Shown piece after piece: positions 1-14,438 of a DNA stretch of 64,000 bases. Position numbers and translations under genes: made by a program. The notes beneath the pieces were generated by a model that had not been told where the DNA came from, searched no databases, and worked only from the letters and a program-made list of their open reading frames with translations. The number at the start of each line of letters is the position of its first letter. Positions within the stretch are counted from its first letter, which is position 1. The stretch lies in the NCBI RefSeq assembly GCF_009914755.1, contig NC_060928.1, one strand, 5' to 3'. Source of the DNA: the human T2T-CHM13v2.0 reference genome, Homo sapiens.

Positions 1-446
1 GATGTATAACTAATAAAAATTGGCTTCAATAAAAAGTCTGTGTGCTCTAGTCCCTACTTCTTTGTTGTATGTTTCTATAAACCAACAGCAGCACCCCTTC
101 TTTCTTCTCCCAGCAGAAGTGATTTGGGGAAGCAAGGGAAGAGTGTGGTCAAGGTCTTTGGAAAGAGGCAGATACAAGGTGAAGAATGAAAGGGCTAAAG
201 GCAGCCTTTTCCCCTATTATTGATTCTTAACTAGGTTCTTACCAACTCTTGAGTGTATGGTAAATATGTAGGCACATTATTTATTGCTATTCTTGCCAGA
301 AGGCAAGGGATGCTAAAAGTTCACCAAACAAAGAATGGTCTGATCCACAATGTCAGTAATGCTCTCCTTTGCAGGGAATCCAAAACACAAAAGCTTTTTC
401 TAAGGCCGGTAGGCAGGACATGCAGATGCTGCTTTGTCCTAAATCA

Positions 447-632
447 TTACTTTTCAAACTAGGATATCTATCAGAATCATTTGGAAGGCTTGTTAAATCA
501 GATTGCAGGGCCCTACCCCACAGTTTCTCTTACAGGTCTGGGGTAGAGCCCTAGAATTGCATTTCTAAGAAATATCTCTGTGATACTGCTTCTGCTGCTT
601 TGGAAACCACACCATGTGAAGTATTACCCTAG
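447..632. mobile_element. MER5A-like hAT-Charlie MITE (degenerate)
   Basis: 'tcagaatcatttggaaggcttgttaaatcagattgcagggccctacccca...ctagaattgcatttctaagaa' resembles the MER5A core. Confidence 0.75.
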
Positions 633-1118
633 GGAACCAATATAATGCATGCACTGGCTACTTGATTTCACTCTTTGCCACCCAGATAACATGAACAGTA
701 TCAAACCTGTCCAAATATTTCTTTAAAACTTAATTCTTTTTCTGTTTTTAGCAAAGAGTAAGTCATATATAAGAGCTTGTGCATATCTCTGTGCCATTTG
801 CTAACTATAAGAATGTCTATTTTAGACCAGTTATACTGACAAATATAAGTGGAAGTGAAAGTATCCTGATAATGTAAATAAAAATAATGGTCTCCTTTAA
901 GAAAATTTTATTTTTTGTAAAATACTCATCTTGGGTTCTTATTATTTCTACTTTACCACACTAGATGAGACTCAAAACTAGCACGTTTGTTTTCTTAACT
1001 TTTAAAAAATTCTTCAGGTTGACAGTGTAAACAGTTTGTTGTTGTTGTTTATATTAAATAACTTTAGATTTTAAGGCTATTACATTTTGAACTTTTTGGC
1101 ATTTAAAATACTAAAAGT

Positions 1119-1445
<327 letters not shown>

Positions 1446-2479
1446 TCAAAGAGGTGGGTTTTGTTCTGTTTTGTTTTGTTTTTTCACTTTCTGGGAAAAA
1501 TTTTTCTAACTTAAATGTTTTTCATTTCTCTAAGTTATATTTAGCTTTGAAATTCAAAACCTGCCCATATTTGACTCAGAACGCTACCAATTTTTGAGTA
1601 TTTTCTCTTCTATTAAGAGTGAAATTCTCAATACGCATTTTGTTGCTTTGTCAAAATGTTATTTAAAGTGTTTATTTAAACTTATTTTTAATCTGAAATT
1701 AAATGCCTCTAAACAATTCTATATATAAATATGGGCACAATTTATATTAAATGGTTTAAAATATAACAAGATTGCCAAGAACATGTTTGCTATTTGCTTA
1801 ATAATACTCTTTGGATTTAGTGCCAAAATATTAGTGTATATCAGTATAGAAATTGAAATAGATATATATTACATACGATATGTATTATATATTGTATATA
1901 TGAGTGATATATAGAGCAAAACATGTGTTAAATTTATTTCTTTTTCTGGGAGAAAGTTAGAGAAGTCAGCCAGAGTAATAGGAAAAATAATTTAAACTGG
2001 CAAAGAGATGGATAAAATTTTACTGGGCAAAATTGTCCATTATGACATTAAACATTCCTTATATTAACATGTTTTTTTAAAATAGAATACTAATTAATTA
2101 TGCTTGGCAATCAAGAGGTGTTACTGTTGATAGGAATATTTTATAATAGGTTTTAATGAAAACCATAACTAATCTGGTGAGTTTTTAAAAATAAAAAAGT
2201 AATGTACCATATAATCTTTATTGGTGAGGAATGTAACAAGGAGGTAGAGAACTAGTAGAAAGGTATCTTTATTTTTCAGTGTTACCATCTTCTTATGAAA
2301 TATTAAAAGGTTTAATTAGAAAAAAAGAAACGTAAAATGCACAATTTTATTATAATTGTATGATAATAATACACTTATTATTTAAATTTTAAAAGGTTTT
2401 TAAAAATTTCACGTGAAGTAACACATAAAATAATTTAATCAAATCCTCCTGAAATGTATCTGTAAGTACAACATAGTTT

Positions 2480-4430
<1,951 letters not shown>

Positions 4431-6574
4431 TTTAAGCAGAAATATTTGGAAAAATCAGGGAAATTAAGAATATTGAAATACTTCTCAGCTCACCTTTTTT
4501 CAAACAGAAGAATTGGGGAGATGGATTGTAAATCAAATGATAGTTTAATACAAGGCAAGAGCTGCAAAGACATCTGAATATATTTTCTTTGTAATTAATA
4601 GTAATGCAGTACTAGTATACACAGATAAACATTGACTTTCACCTTTGACAGACAGTCAGACTTCACAGGTTGCTATTCCTAAGCTCACAGAGAAATGGAG
4701 AAAGTCAAATTGATGTAGCATAATTTGAGTTTCTTTATCAACATTGCTTCAAAACAGTGATTAATATAGTCTAGGAGTAGCTCAATAATTAAGCCTGGCT
4801 GATAGTTTATCCTAGGCTCCCTGAAAACTTCAAGACATCTTGAGGATGTTATGGTGTTATAGATGTTATGTTCATGGAGAAGGAGAAGTAGGGGAAATTC
4901 TTTCATACTGAAAGCTTAATAGTATCCAATTTCAATTATACATCTCCATTCAAAATAACTGAAAACTGAAACTAAGTATCTTATTTTGAGTGTAAAAAAT
5001 GACTGAGTGAATGAGATCATTTTGAACTTTAAATTTAGCTTAGATATGTGAAAGGCACAGTTGTATAACATACTATTACCTAAATCCCGTGGGACTACTT
5101 TGCTGTAAGCAAGGCCTGAAAGAGTAGCAAGATTAAATTCAAGTTTTATACTTTAGAGTCCTCAACAAAAATAAGCACATGCCCTGTATCTAACATAGAG
5201 ACAGCAGTTCTTTAGCTAGGACAGCTTTGGTAAAATGGGCTCACAGCTTTAGTGCCTCATTGCCACATAATGTATGGCTTACTGGGTTTCTCTCTCTCTT
5301 TTTCTGTTTGTGAGCCGTGAAACCAGATTGTCTTCTTAGGAAAATACAATGCCTTTTTTAAAACTGTACTAACTGTAGCATGTGATTAAAAGAGAAAGGT
5401 TAAAAGTCTTTTTTCTTCTTGGAATTAGATTTGCTGTAATTCTTCTCATTATTATGTTATGCTTTGTTCTCCTCTGTAGGGTTAGACTTCAAGAACCCTA
5501 TTTATAGACCATGTTTTTAAGTACTTTACAAACAGAGACCATAATGACTGATTATCAATAAAGGTTTTAATGGCCAATATCAAGGGTGTATTATATACAA
5601 TCTTCTAGAAGTATTGCTTTTTAAAACAAAATGCAATTATTTGATGCGAGGAAACATCTATGTGATCATACAAATTTATCTGAGGTTTATTTTATTTAGG
5701 TCATATGTAGGGTATAAAAATTGTCTGGGTTTTTTTGTGTCTATAGGAAATGAATGAATTGAATGTTTATTGAATAATCAAGGAGATTTGGGTTTGGTTT
5801 TGACTTCACTAAGTTGTTTGTCATAGCACTAGGCAAGTTTGAAAATTACCATGGTTTATTTTAGAAATATTATGAGTTTACTAGTAAGAAACTTCAAATT
5901 ATCCATTCAAAGGTATACTTAAGTATTAATAATACTATTTTTAAGTATTAATATGTTTCAGAGATCATTTTGCTTCAAAGGCTAAAACAGGATTTATGTG
6001 AATAATGAAATACTGGTTTCTGAAAACCTTTACCAGCCAAGGGTTCAATTCTCTCGTCAATTAGTATTGAAATGTAGTTGTGTGGGGCCATTTTAATTTA
6101 GCAAGACTTCCTGGTGAATTTTTCTGGAGCACTTCCCAGTTCCACTATATTTCTAGCAGCATCTGCATTATCTTAGGGTAGAAATATGTACCCATTTCAA
6201 GATAAGACTTTTCCTAAGCACTTTATATTTTTTTCTTTATGAGTTTTTCCATTGATCACAAATCCTGGATACCATAATAAAAGGCTGTGATGTTTTAGAA
6301 TGAGGCAGCTTTACATGAAAATTTGTAAATATTTGACATAAATTATTAATGGGTAAATTTTTAGCAAGAAACCACTTTAAGTAGAACAAAACTTACTGTT
6401 GAGAGTCATCCAGAAGCAATGAGGGACAGGAAAAAATAATGTTTTCTCTGAAACAAAGATAGTTGCAATAAAGCATTTAGTTCCAGCTTTCAGCATGATT
6501 TCTAATAAAGATAAAAGAATGAACAATGGAAAACATTCACAGAGTTATTTGTAGTTATATATAAATTATATATA

Positions 6575-6880
6575 CAGTTGGATGTATTCATGAACCACCC
6601 TAGGATTAAAAATATTTGAAAAAAATTTGCATCTGTACTGTACATGTACAGACTTTTTTCTTGTCATGATGCCCTAAACAACACAGTAGAACAGCTATTT
6701 ACATAGCATTTACATTGTATTAGGTATTACAAATAATCTAGAGATGACAGTATATGGGAGGATGTGCATAGATTATGTACAAATATTATGCCATTTGTAT
6801 CAGGGACTTGAGCATTCGTAGATTTTAGTATCTGTGGGAGGTCATAGAATCAATCCTTCACTGATACTAAGGGATGACTG
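6575..6880. mobile_element. MER2 (Tigger-family MITE)
   Basis: TA-flanked cagttg...gatgactg termini; internal 'tatttacatagcatttacattgtattaggtatta..aataatctagagatga'. Confidence 0.85.
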
Positions 6881-7084
6881 TAGTTTATACATAAACTATA
6901 CATACCTGCTGTGAAAGCCCTGAAGTTGATTTCTGTTTATAGTTAATGCAAAACTAGCTCTTTATTAATTCCATTTTGTACATCTGCAAAAAGGCATTTT
7001 CTTGAATAATTTATCTCTTGGATTACCTTTCCAGACTTCTTTTAAATATCTCACGGTAAGTAATATTGTTTTTAAGCTTAAAAA
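6873..7084 (+). repeat. 212-bp inverted repeat, left arm (donor copy)
   Basis: Manually aligned: reverse complement equals 8841-9052 with one mismatch (G7055 versus T8870). Confidence 0.97.
7035..7055 (+). other. Candidate 21-nt frame-preserving microexon
   Basis: ttatctcttggattacctttccag|ACTTCTTTTAAATATCTCACG|gtaagt; splice motifs only, no transcript evidence. Confidence 0.3.
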
Positions 7085-8055
7085 TCCTCGACGTTGCTAA
7101 ACTTTCAAGATTTTTTTTTTTTAATCTTAAATGCTTATAGGAGTTGGAGGGAAAACTAATGATGTAGATCCCTGTTTTTCTGCTAATGGGAATTAATTAG
7201 TACTATTCATTACGATTGAAATTGGCATTCTCTGTGCTATTCCAGACAGTTATGATAAAAATCAGCTCAACTATACAAGGAACTATTTTATTCCATGCTT
7301 TGAACCAGCTCCTCTTAGCACCCAAGCCCATTCATTATTTTTATCTAATTAGGCCAACTTACATTGGAGAGATACCTGAAGCAAGGAAATTTCCTTAATA
7401 GCTATGCAATAACAATAGCTCACAGGCACTTAAACAATACAGTTGTCTAAGATTGAATCATCAGAAGAAGGGGAAAAAAAGTTATCCTTAACCATAGGGT
7501 AAAAATGTAGTCATAAATAGACAACCATCATTATTTAAATGGCATAAATATACAATATTAGTTATCAATAGTATAATGTTTATAGATGTGAATTTTGTAT
7601 GCTTATTTGTGGAAAATTGTTAAATTTATTTTTATGTTGAAATTTGTAGTCACATTTGAAAGTTGACTGTATTCTGTACACAAAAATGCAAACATGCTTC
7701 CTAGGAAAAAATAGAAATTTTGCATATGATTACACAGCAAATATTTTCTAAAACTAGGGCAAAGTCTTAATTCCCAGGACAACTCCTTATCTTAAAAACA
7801 AATTATTTTATATGACACTTTTACTCTCACTTGTCTGTTGAAATGAGAAAATAAAAGTATTTTTGTGGCAGTGTGCACATCTAATAAACAAGACATTAAA
7901 ATGTTTGGAGGGGCTGGAAATAGGGTCACGGCCTACCCCTTTTTAACAACTTCATTGACTAAATACTTCCATGTCCTAGGGAAATAATTCACATTTTGAT
8001 ATTTTTCAGCAAAACAAGAAAAGGAGAGAAAACTTAGCTGTAAAAGGCAATATTA

Positions 8056-8379
<324 letters not shown>

Positions 8380-8380
<1 letters not shown>

Positions 8381-8499
8381 AGGTAGGAAGGTAGAAAGGT
8401 AGGAAGGAAGGAGAGAGGGCAACAGAGTGAGACCCTGTCTAGGAAGGAAAGAAGGAAGGGAGGGAGAGAGGTAGGGAGGTAAGGAGGGAAGGGAGGGAG
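8380..8499 (+). repeat. Purine-rich (GGAA/GGGA)n Alu tail containing a second copy of the Alu 3' end
   Basis: aggtaggaagg/ggaaggg units; 'gggcaacagagtgagaccctgtct' at 8417-8440. Confidence 0.85.
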
Positions 8500-8840
8500 C
8501 TCTAGGTGACTCTCAGGCTTAAGAGCCAGAGGAATAAATTCCCTGACCTATATCCCCTTTACTATCTGATCTCCTGCTGTGGCTTCTTTGAGATAGAGGA
8601 AAAACCAAAGTGTTTTTCATACTCTAACTCAACACATTACTTCTGATACTGAATGCATGAAGGGATTTCCCCACACATAAGAAATTCCTCCAATTCAATT
8701 CTGACATCATCTGCCTGGAGATAGTGTTAGATCTCACATGTTAAGGGTTCAGTTCCACAAAACTGCCCCCCACTTCAGATGCCAATCACCAGGCTAGGTT
8801 GTGACATGTACCCATGTCACATGGTGTATCACATGGAGAG

Positions 8841-9052
8841 TTTTTAAGCTTAAAAACAATATTACTTACTGTGAGATATTTAAAAGAAGTCTGGAAAGGT
8901 AATCCAAGAGATAAATTATTCAAGAAAATGCCTTTTTGCAGATGTACAAAATGGAATTAATAAAGAGCTAGTTTTGCATTAACTATAAACAGAAATCAAC
9001 TTCAGGGCTTTCACAGCAGGTATGTATAGTTTATGTATAAACTACAGTCATC
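8841..9052 (-). repeat. 212-bp inverted repeat, right arm (inserted copy)
   Basis: Reverse complement of 6873-7084; interrupts MER21. Confidence 0.97.
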
Positions 9053-9627
9053 TCTCATGGTGTATCACCATGTGATATGGGTACATGGTTCCCACCACTG
9101 GCCATGGTTCCCATGACACCCTCCTAAGGTTCAACTAATTTTCAAAAATAGCTCACAGAATTCAGGGAAACACTTGAATTACATTTACTGGTTTATTAAT
9201 AAAAGATGTAATAAAGGATACAGATGAACAACAGATGAAGAAATACACAGGGCAAGGTCTGAAAAGGTCCTGAGCACAGGAGTTTCTGTCCCTGTGGAGT
9301 TGAGGTGTGCCACCCTTCTGGCACATGGCTGTGTTCACCAGTGCAGAAGTTCTCAGAACCCCCTGCTTCAGGGATTTTTATGGAGGGTTTAACCACATAA
9401 ACATGATTGATTATTAATTCAATTTCCATCCCCTCTCCCCTCTCCAGAGAATGGGAGCTGAGTCTGAAGTTCTCAGATTATAATCATGTCTTGGTCTTTC
9501 TGGTGACTACCCCTTGTTCAGAAGTCCACCCAAGAGTTGCCTCATTAGAACGCAAGACACTCCTATCACCTTGAAAATCCCAAGGAATTTAGGAAATTTG
9601 TGTCAGGCACTGGTAGCAGAGACCTAT

Positions 9628-9630
<3 letters not shown>

Positions 9631-9667
<37 letters not shown>

Positions 9668-9702
9668 ATATACATATATACGCATACATATATGTATATA
9701 TA

Positions 9703-9740
<38 letters not shown>
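9631..9740. repeat. Compound (CA)n/(TA)n/(TG)n microsatellite
   Basis: About 110 nt of alternating purine-pyrimidine sequence. Confidence 0.97.
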
Positions 9741-11419
9741 ATATGTCTTATTATTTCACCGATTTTCACTGACCAAAACCATCCATATGCCAGATGGCAA
9801 GGAAGCCAGTTGAGTAGCCAACGCAGATCAACCTTCAAAGCAGAGAGCAGGTTAAATTGAAGGGGCAAATACTCTGCAGATATCTGACAGAGTAATTGTG
9901 GAAATTCAGAGCCAGGAGAGACATTAGAGATCACCTAAAATCAGAAAATTTGAGGTACCTCGTGAGAGTAAGTTACATGCATTGTGTAATTTACAGTTAA
10001 GACACACTGTCCGTCAATCAGCAGAGTTGAGAACTCTAGATCTACATGCATTATAGTTCATAATTATGTCACAGTCACCACTTACAGCATCTATGCAAAT
10101 CGCTTGTTGTGTGTGAAGTTACACTGATCAGCATTGCTATTGCCTACAAAATTAATAAAATTTGAAATTTATTAACCTAAGGGACTGGAGTTTGGCCATA
10201 TTAGAGGAAATGTTTTGGAAGAGTAGTTTGTCCCACATAACTTATTTCAGTTCGTACTATAATTCTCTGAAAATTACTTTCAGTGACCATACCTGTTATA
10301 GAAAATTGCTGTTTAAGGTGATTATCTTAGACAGGGGGAAGAATTATAATAACCCTTTATTGGAGTCATTGCTTATGAGGCTTAAAATTTGATTAATTCA
10401 TTTGATTAAAAGGAGCATATAAAACTTTAATATATTAAGAATTTCCCATTCTCAAAATGAATTCTACCTATTGTTGTTGGAATATGTTTCCTTTTAACAT
10501 TTTCCTACCTTATTGTTTTCACTAATCTGTTAATACCATCTGGCCAATTATATCAAGTAATTTTACACTTGTTGAATGTTCCTGTGGGTGGAGACTATGA
10601 AGCATCTCTTCAAACTCTGTTCACATTCTGGAAATCATTGGTCAAAACACTCACTCTGAAATCAAAGATTTTACTTGTGAACAGCAAATTTTGTATATTT
10701 CTCACACAAATGTTATTTTTGCATTCTGGGGTCTCTTCATCCTTTCTCATATAGCTTGTGTTATATAGGTTCTTGCTAAGATATTTTATATCTCTGTATC
10801 AAAAAGTAGAAATCATCAATGTCAGCTGAGCTTTTCTGCTACAATTGTGATTATTATATTTAATTGTAAATGCTGCATTGTACCCAACCTATTTCACAAG
10901 GAGATATATTCCCTTGATTCTATATTAAAAAGAAGCCATTGTTAGGTTTGAATGCCTATAGAATATGAAGGTTATAGTCAAAAAAAGACTATTTCAATAT
11001 AAATGAACCATTTCCTCCTTTTTAAAAAGCAGTAAACTAATTAGCCAAAATATGTTGTAGCTTTACAAATGCTTTTACTAGGCCTTTAGACATGTTCCTA
11101 CTATACTATCTTTTTATTATACAGTGAGATAGAACTTGCCATTTAATGTCAAACCATCAAAGAATTCAGCTACTTCACATGGTTATAGTGTTTGCTTTTA
11201 AAACAATTAATTTTAAGAATTTGAAACATAATACAAGTACCCCTAATATAACCGCTGATTTTTAATGGTTCCATAATACCTCACCAAACAGATTTAATAT
11301 ATTTTGCTGAACTAACTGCAGTTGAATATAAAGTTGCCCTCAACTTATCATTATCGCAGATAACACTACAGTGAAAACATCCTACACATAGCTTTTTCTA
11401 TACTTTTGGTTATTCCCCG

Positions 11420-11823
11420 TGATACAGCTTTTTGAATATTTATCCCCACCCAAATCTCATGTTGAATTGTAATCCCCAGTGCTGGAGGTGGGGCCTGGTG
11501 GGAGGCGTTTGGGTCATAGGGGCAGATCCCTCATGTCTTGGTGCTGTCTTCACACTAGTGAGTTCTCACGAGATATGGTGGTTTAAAAGTGTGTAGCACC
11601 TCTCCCGTCACTCGCTCTCTCTTGCTCCCATTCTTGTCATGTAATATGCCTGCTTCCCCTTTGCCTTCTGCCATAAATGGAAGCTTCCTGAGGCTTCCCC
11701 AGAGGCAGATGCTGCTGTGCTTCCTGTACAGCCTGCAGAACTGCAAGCCAATTAAATCTCTTTTCTTATAAATTACCCATTCTCAGGTATTTCTTTATAG
11801 TAGTGCAAGAATGGCCTCATACA
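11420..11823 (+). mobile_element. MSTA solo LTR (ERVL-MaLR)
   Basis: tgata...'caaatctcatgttgaattgtaatcccc'...'ataaattacccattctcaggtatttctttatag'...aca. Confidence 0.9.
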
Positions 11824-14134
11824 CTCTGGAAGGGCGATAATAGGGTTAAAGGATGTGAAATTTTTGCTACTAATATTACATATTGCTAAACTGATTTCCA
11901 GTAGGGCTTAACTAGTTTATTTTACCATCAGCAATGTTAAAGAACCTCTGCTTCATTCCACCTTCAGTGACATTAATTCGTTCAATTTTTTATAAGTTTT
12001 ACAGGCTGATAGGGAAAACTCATTGTTTTATTTTGTATTATTTTATCATCACAAGGTTAGATATTTGCAGGTATTTGGTTTAATATCTGACATCATTTTT
12101 TGTCAATTTGAATGAATTCTTTAACAAAATGAATATATTAATCTTTATTTGCTGAAGGTATTTCTGCAGAATATAATTTGCTTTTTTAATTTCAGTTACC
12201 AACATGTTCTTAAAGCTGAGACATTTCACAGGTTTTGTGTTTTAGTTCCACTTTGTATACAACTGTAGCAGAAGTAGGCAGTTTCTGTTAGTTCTTAAGA
12301 GTATGACAGTCTCAGGTTAAACAACATAGAGCCTGAGCTCTATGAGTCAGCTAGTAATGGTACAATCAGAAATCTCAGAATTTGTTTAGAAAAGTCTTTT
12401 TAAAATGTCAGCCTCTCTACATTGTGCTAACGGAATTCCCAAGAATATTTATTATTATTATTATTATTAAAAGAATAACCTACATCTAGGAGGCAGCATG
12501 AAGGTGGTGATGATAGTTCAAGTGAACCCAGTTTGAGAGATGAAGCTCAAGGGACTAAGAGGAGGCTGTTGGTCCATTTGTCTCTTACTCCTGGAGGGTT
12601 AAATGTTAGTTGTGTTTAGTTTCAACAAAGGAGATGCCCTTACCAACTGGATCCTCCTTAAACAGACTGAGCTACTTGAGGGCATCAACTGTTCATGTTT
12701 GTAACTTTTATGCCTAGCTGAGTCACCAGCAAAAAGAAGGCAGAGATTTAATGAATACTGAAATGAAATAATGAATGAATTGTAGGGAAAAATAGTATGG
12801 GAGGTAACTGGAGTTATAAACTATAATATTGAATGTGACCACCATGAGTCATCAAAGGAGGAAAATAATTTAAAATTTTTAATTATCCCTAAGATCTGAT
12901 TTTTACAAATTTTTACCAAAATTAGAATATCTGTAAATATCCATGTGGACTTAAACAAAAAATTGACTTTTTTGATTAATATAATACAATGATACTCATT
13001 TTTTAATGGAATAGCTAGTGAAATACAATACAGTACCTTAGTTCCTCAAAGCCAATGTTTCAAGATAATTCAGTCTTATATAATTGTGACCTAAAGCAAT
13101 AAAACATTGGTAGTTATTTCGCAGTCCTCTTTAGTAGGCTGGCTCACTGGATCTGAGAAACAGTGCAAAGACAGGAAACCTATGTGTTCTCTACCTTCGC
13201 AATGTTTAGAAGACCAGTCCAAAAAACTGTGTCTTATGCAGCTTAGTAATTTGGTCAGTTAATGACATGAACATTTGGCTAAGATTTGAGAAAAAAAAAA
13301 TAGGCAAAAAAAAAAAAAAAAAAAGAGAGAATTCAAGTATAAAATACAGTGAATTCCAAGTTAGTAAGGGCTGCCTCAAGGACAAGAGAGAAAGCCCTCT
13401 AATATTAAACTGTGGGAGAATCTGCTTCAGCCGCAGGGTTTTTCTATTTGGAAGCCTGTGGGAGCAGGTAACTTCAATAATCTATATTGTTTTGGAATAG
13501 ATGCCTTTTATAACTTTTCTTTTTAAGAAAACATGCTTAAAAGCATAATTTTTTTTCTCTTAATCCTCTCTTTTCTGAGACTTTGATCTTACCAGCTAGA
13601 TTTTACCAACTGCATTGCATTTTAAAAATATAATTTATCTGTTTGTTAAGGGATTACTAAGTTGGAAAGACTGAGGCAGTAGATGCTGTGAAAGGCCAGA
13701 AAGGAGGGGGATTGATCCTTGGTTGGGAAATGGTCCAAGCAGGTCAACCAGGTCTTGAATTTGGCCTTGAATCAAAGTAAACCTTAGATTAAAAAGGAAG
13801 AAGAATGTAAAGTATCTTAGTGAGAGGGAGCAGCATAAATGAAAATGGACTAGAGAGAATTAATGTGGAAAGGGAATTTCAAGTGAATGTCAGAAAAATA
13901 GTTTATGAAGTAATGCCAGCTATTGATGGATTGGTATAGTTGAGAACAGCTCACTGAGAAGCTTTAATGTTAAAATCTATTTTTTTAAATAATTAAAGCC
14001 AAATTTTACAGTGTTTAAGTGGGAGGTGTTATGGGGCATTGTTTTCTTTTGATATCAAAACCATTTTCCATGATCTCAGAACTCCTGGACAAAGAACCTC
14101 TAATAATTTTGTATATCTCATTATCCTTTTTTAA

Positions 14135-14438
14135 TTTTTTTTTTTTTTTTTTTTTTTTGAGATGGAGTCTTGCTCTGTCACTCAGGCTGGAATGCAGTGG
14201 TGTAGTCTCGGCTCACTGGAACCCCAGCCTCCCGGGTTCAAGTAATTCTGCTGCTTCAGCCTCCCAAGTAGCTGGGATTATAGGAGCCCGCCACCATATC
14301 TGGCTAATTTTTGTATTTTTAGTAAATATGAAGTTTCACCATATTGGCCAGGCTGGTCTCGAACTCCTGACCTCAAGTGATCCAGCCGCCTCAGCCTCCC
14401 AAAGTGCCAGGATTATAGGCTTCAGCCACCACTCGGAC
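14135..14438 (-). mobile_element. AluS (Sx/Sz-like)
   Basis: Poly-T followed by 'gagatggagtcttgctctgtc'...'ctcaagtgatcc'. Confidence 0.94.

Larger units (their letters stand above)
8589..9769 (-). mobile_element. MER21-family solo LTR carrying an inserted inverted duplication and a microsatellite
   Basis: 'actgccccccacttcagatgccaatc', 'gctcacagaattcagggaaacact', 'aaggatacagatgaaca', 'taatcatgtcttggtctttctggtgac'. Confidence 0.8.
8500..9900. mobile_element. Ancient LTR fragment (LTR78/79-like) split by MER21 into ~8500-8588 and ~9770-9900
   Basis: 'ccctgacc..tctgatctcctgctgtggcttc' continues as 'ccagatggcaaggaagcc..gatcaaccttc..agagcag..gaaggggcaaat'; resembles 19490-19670. Confidence 0.45.

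Noticed and set aside
9514-9934. ORFs with HTHTHT and CVCVCV runs
   Set aside because: Translations of the dinucleotide microsatellite
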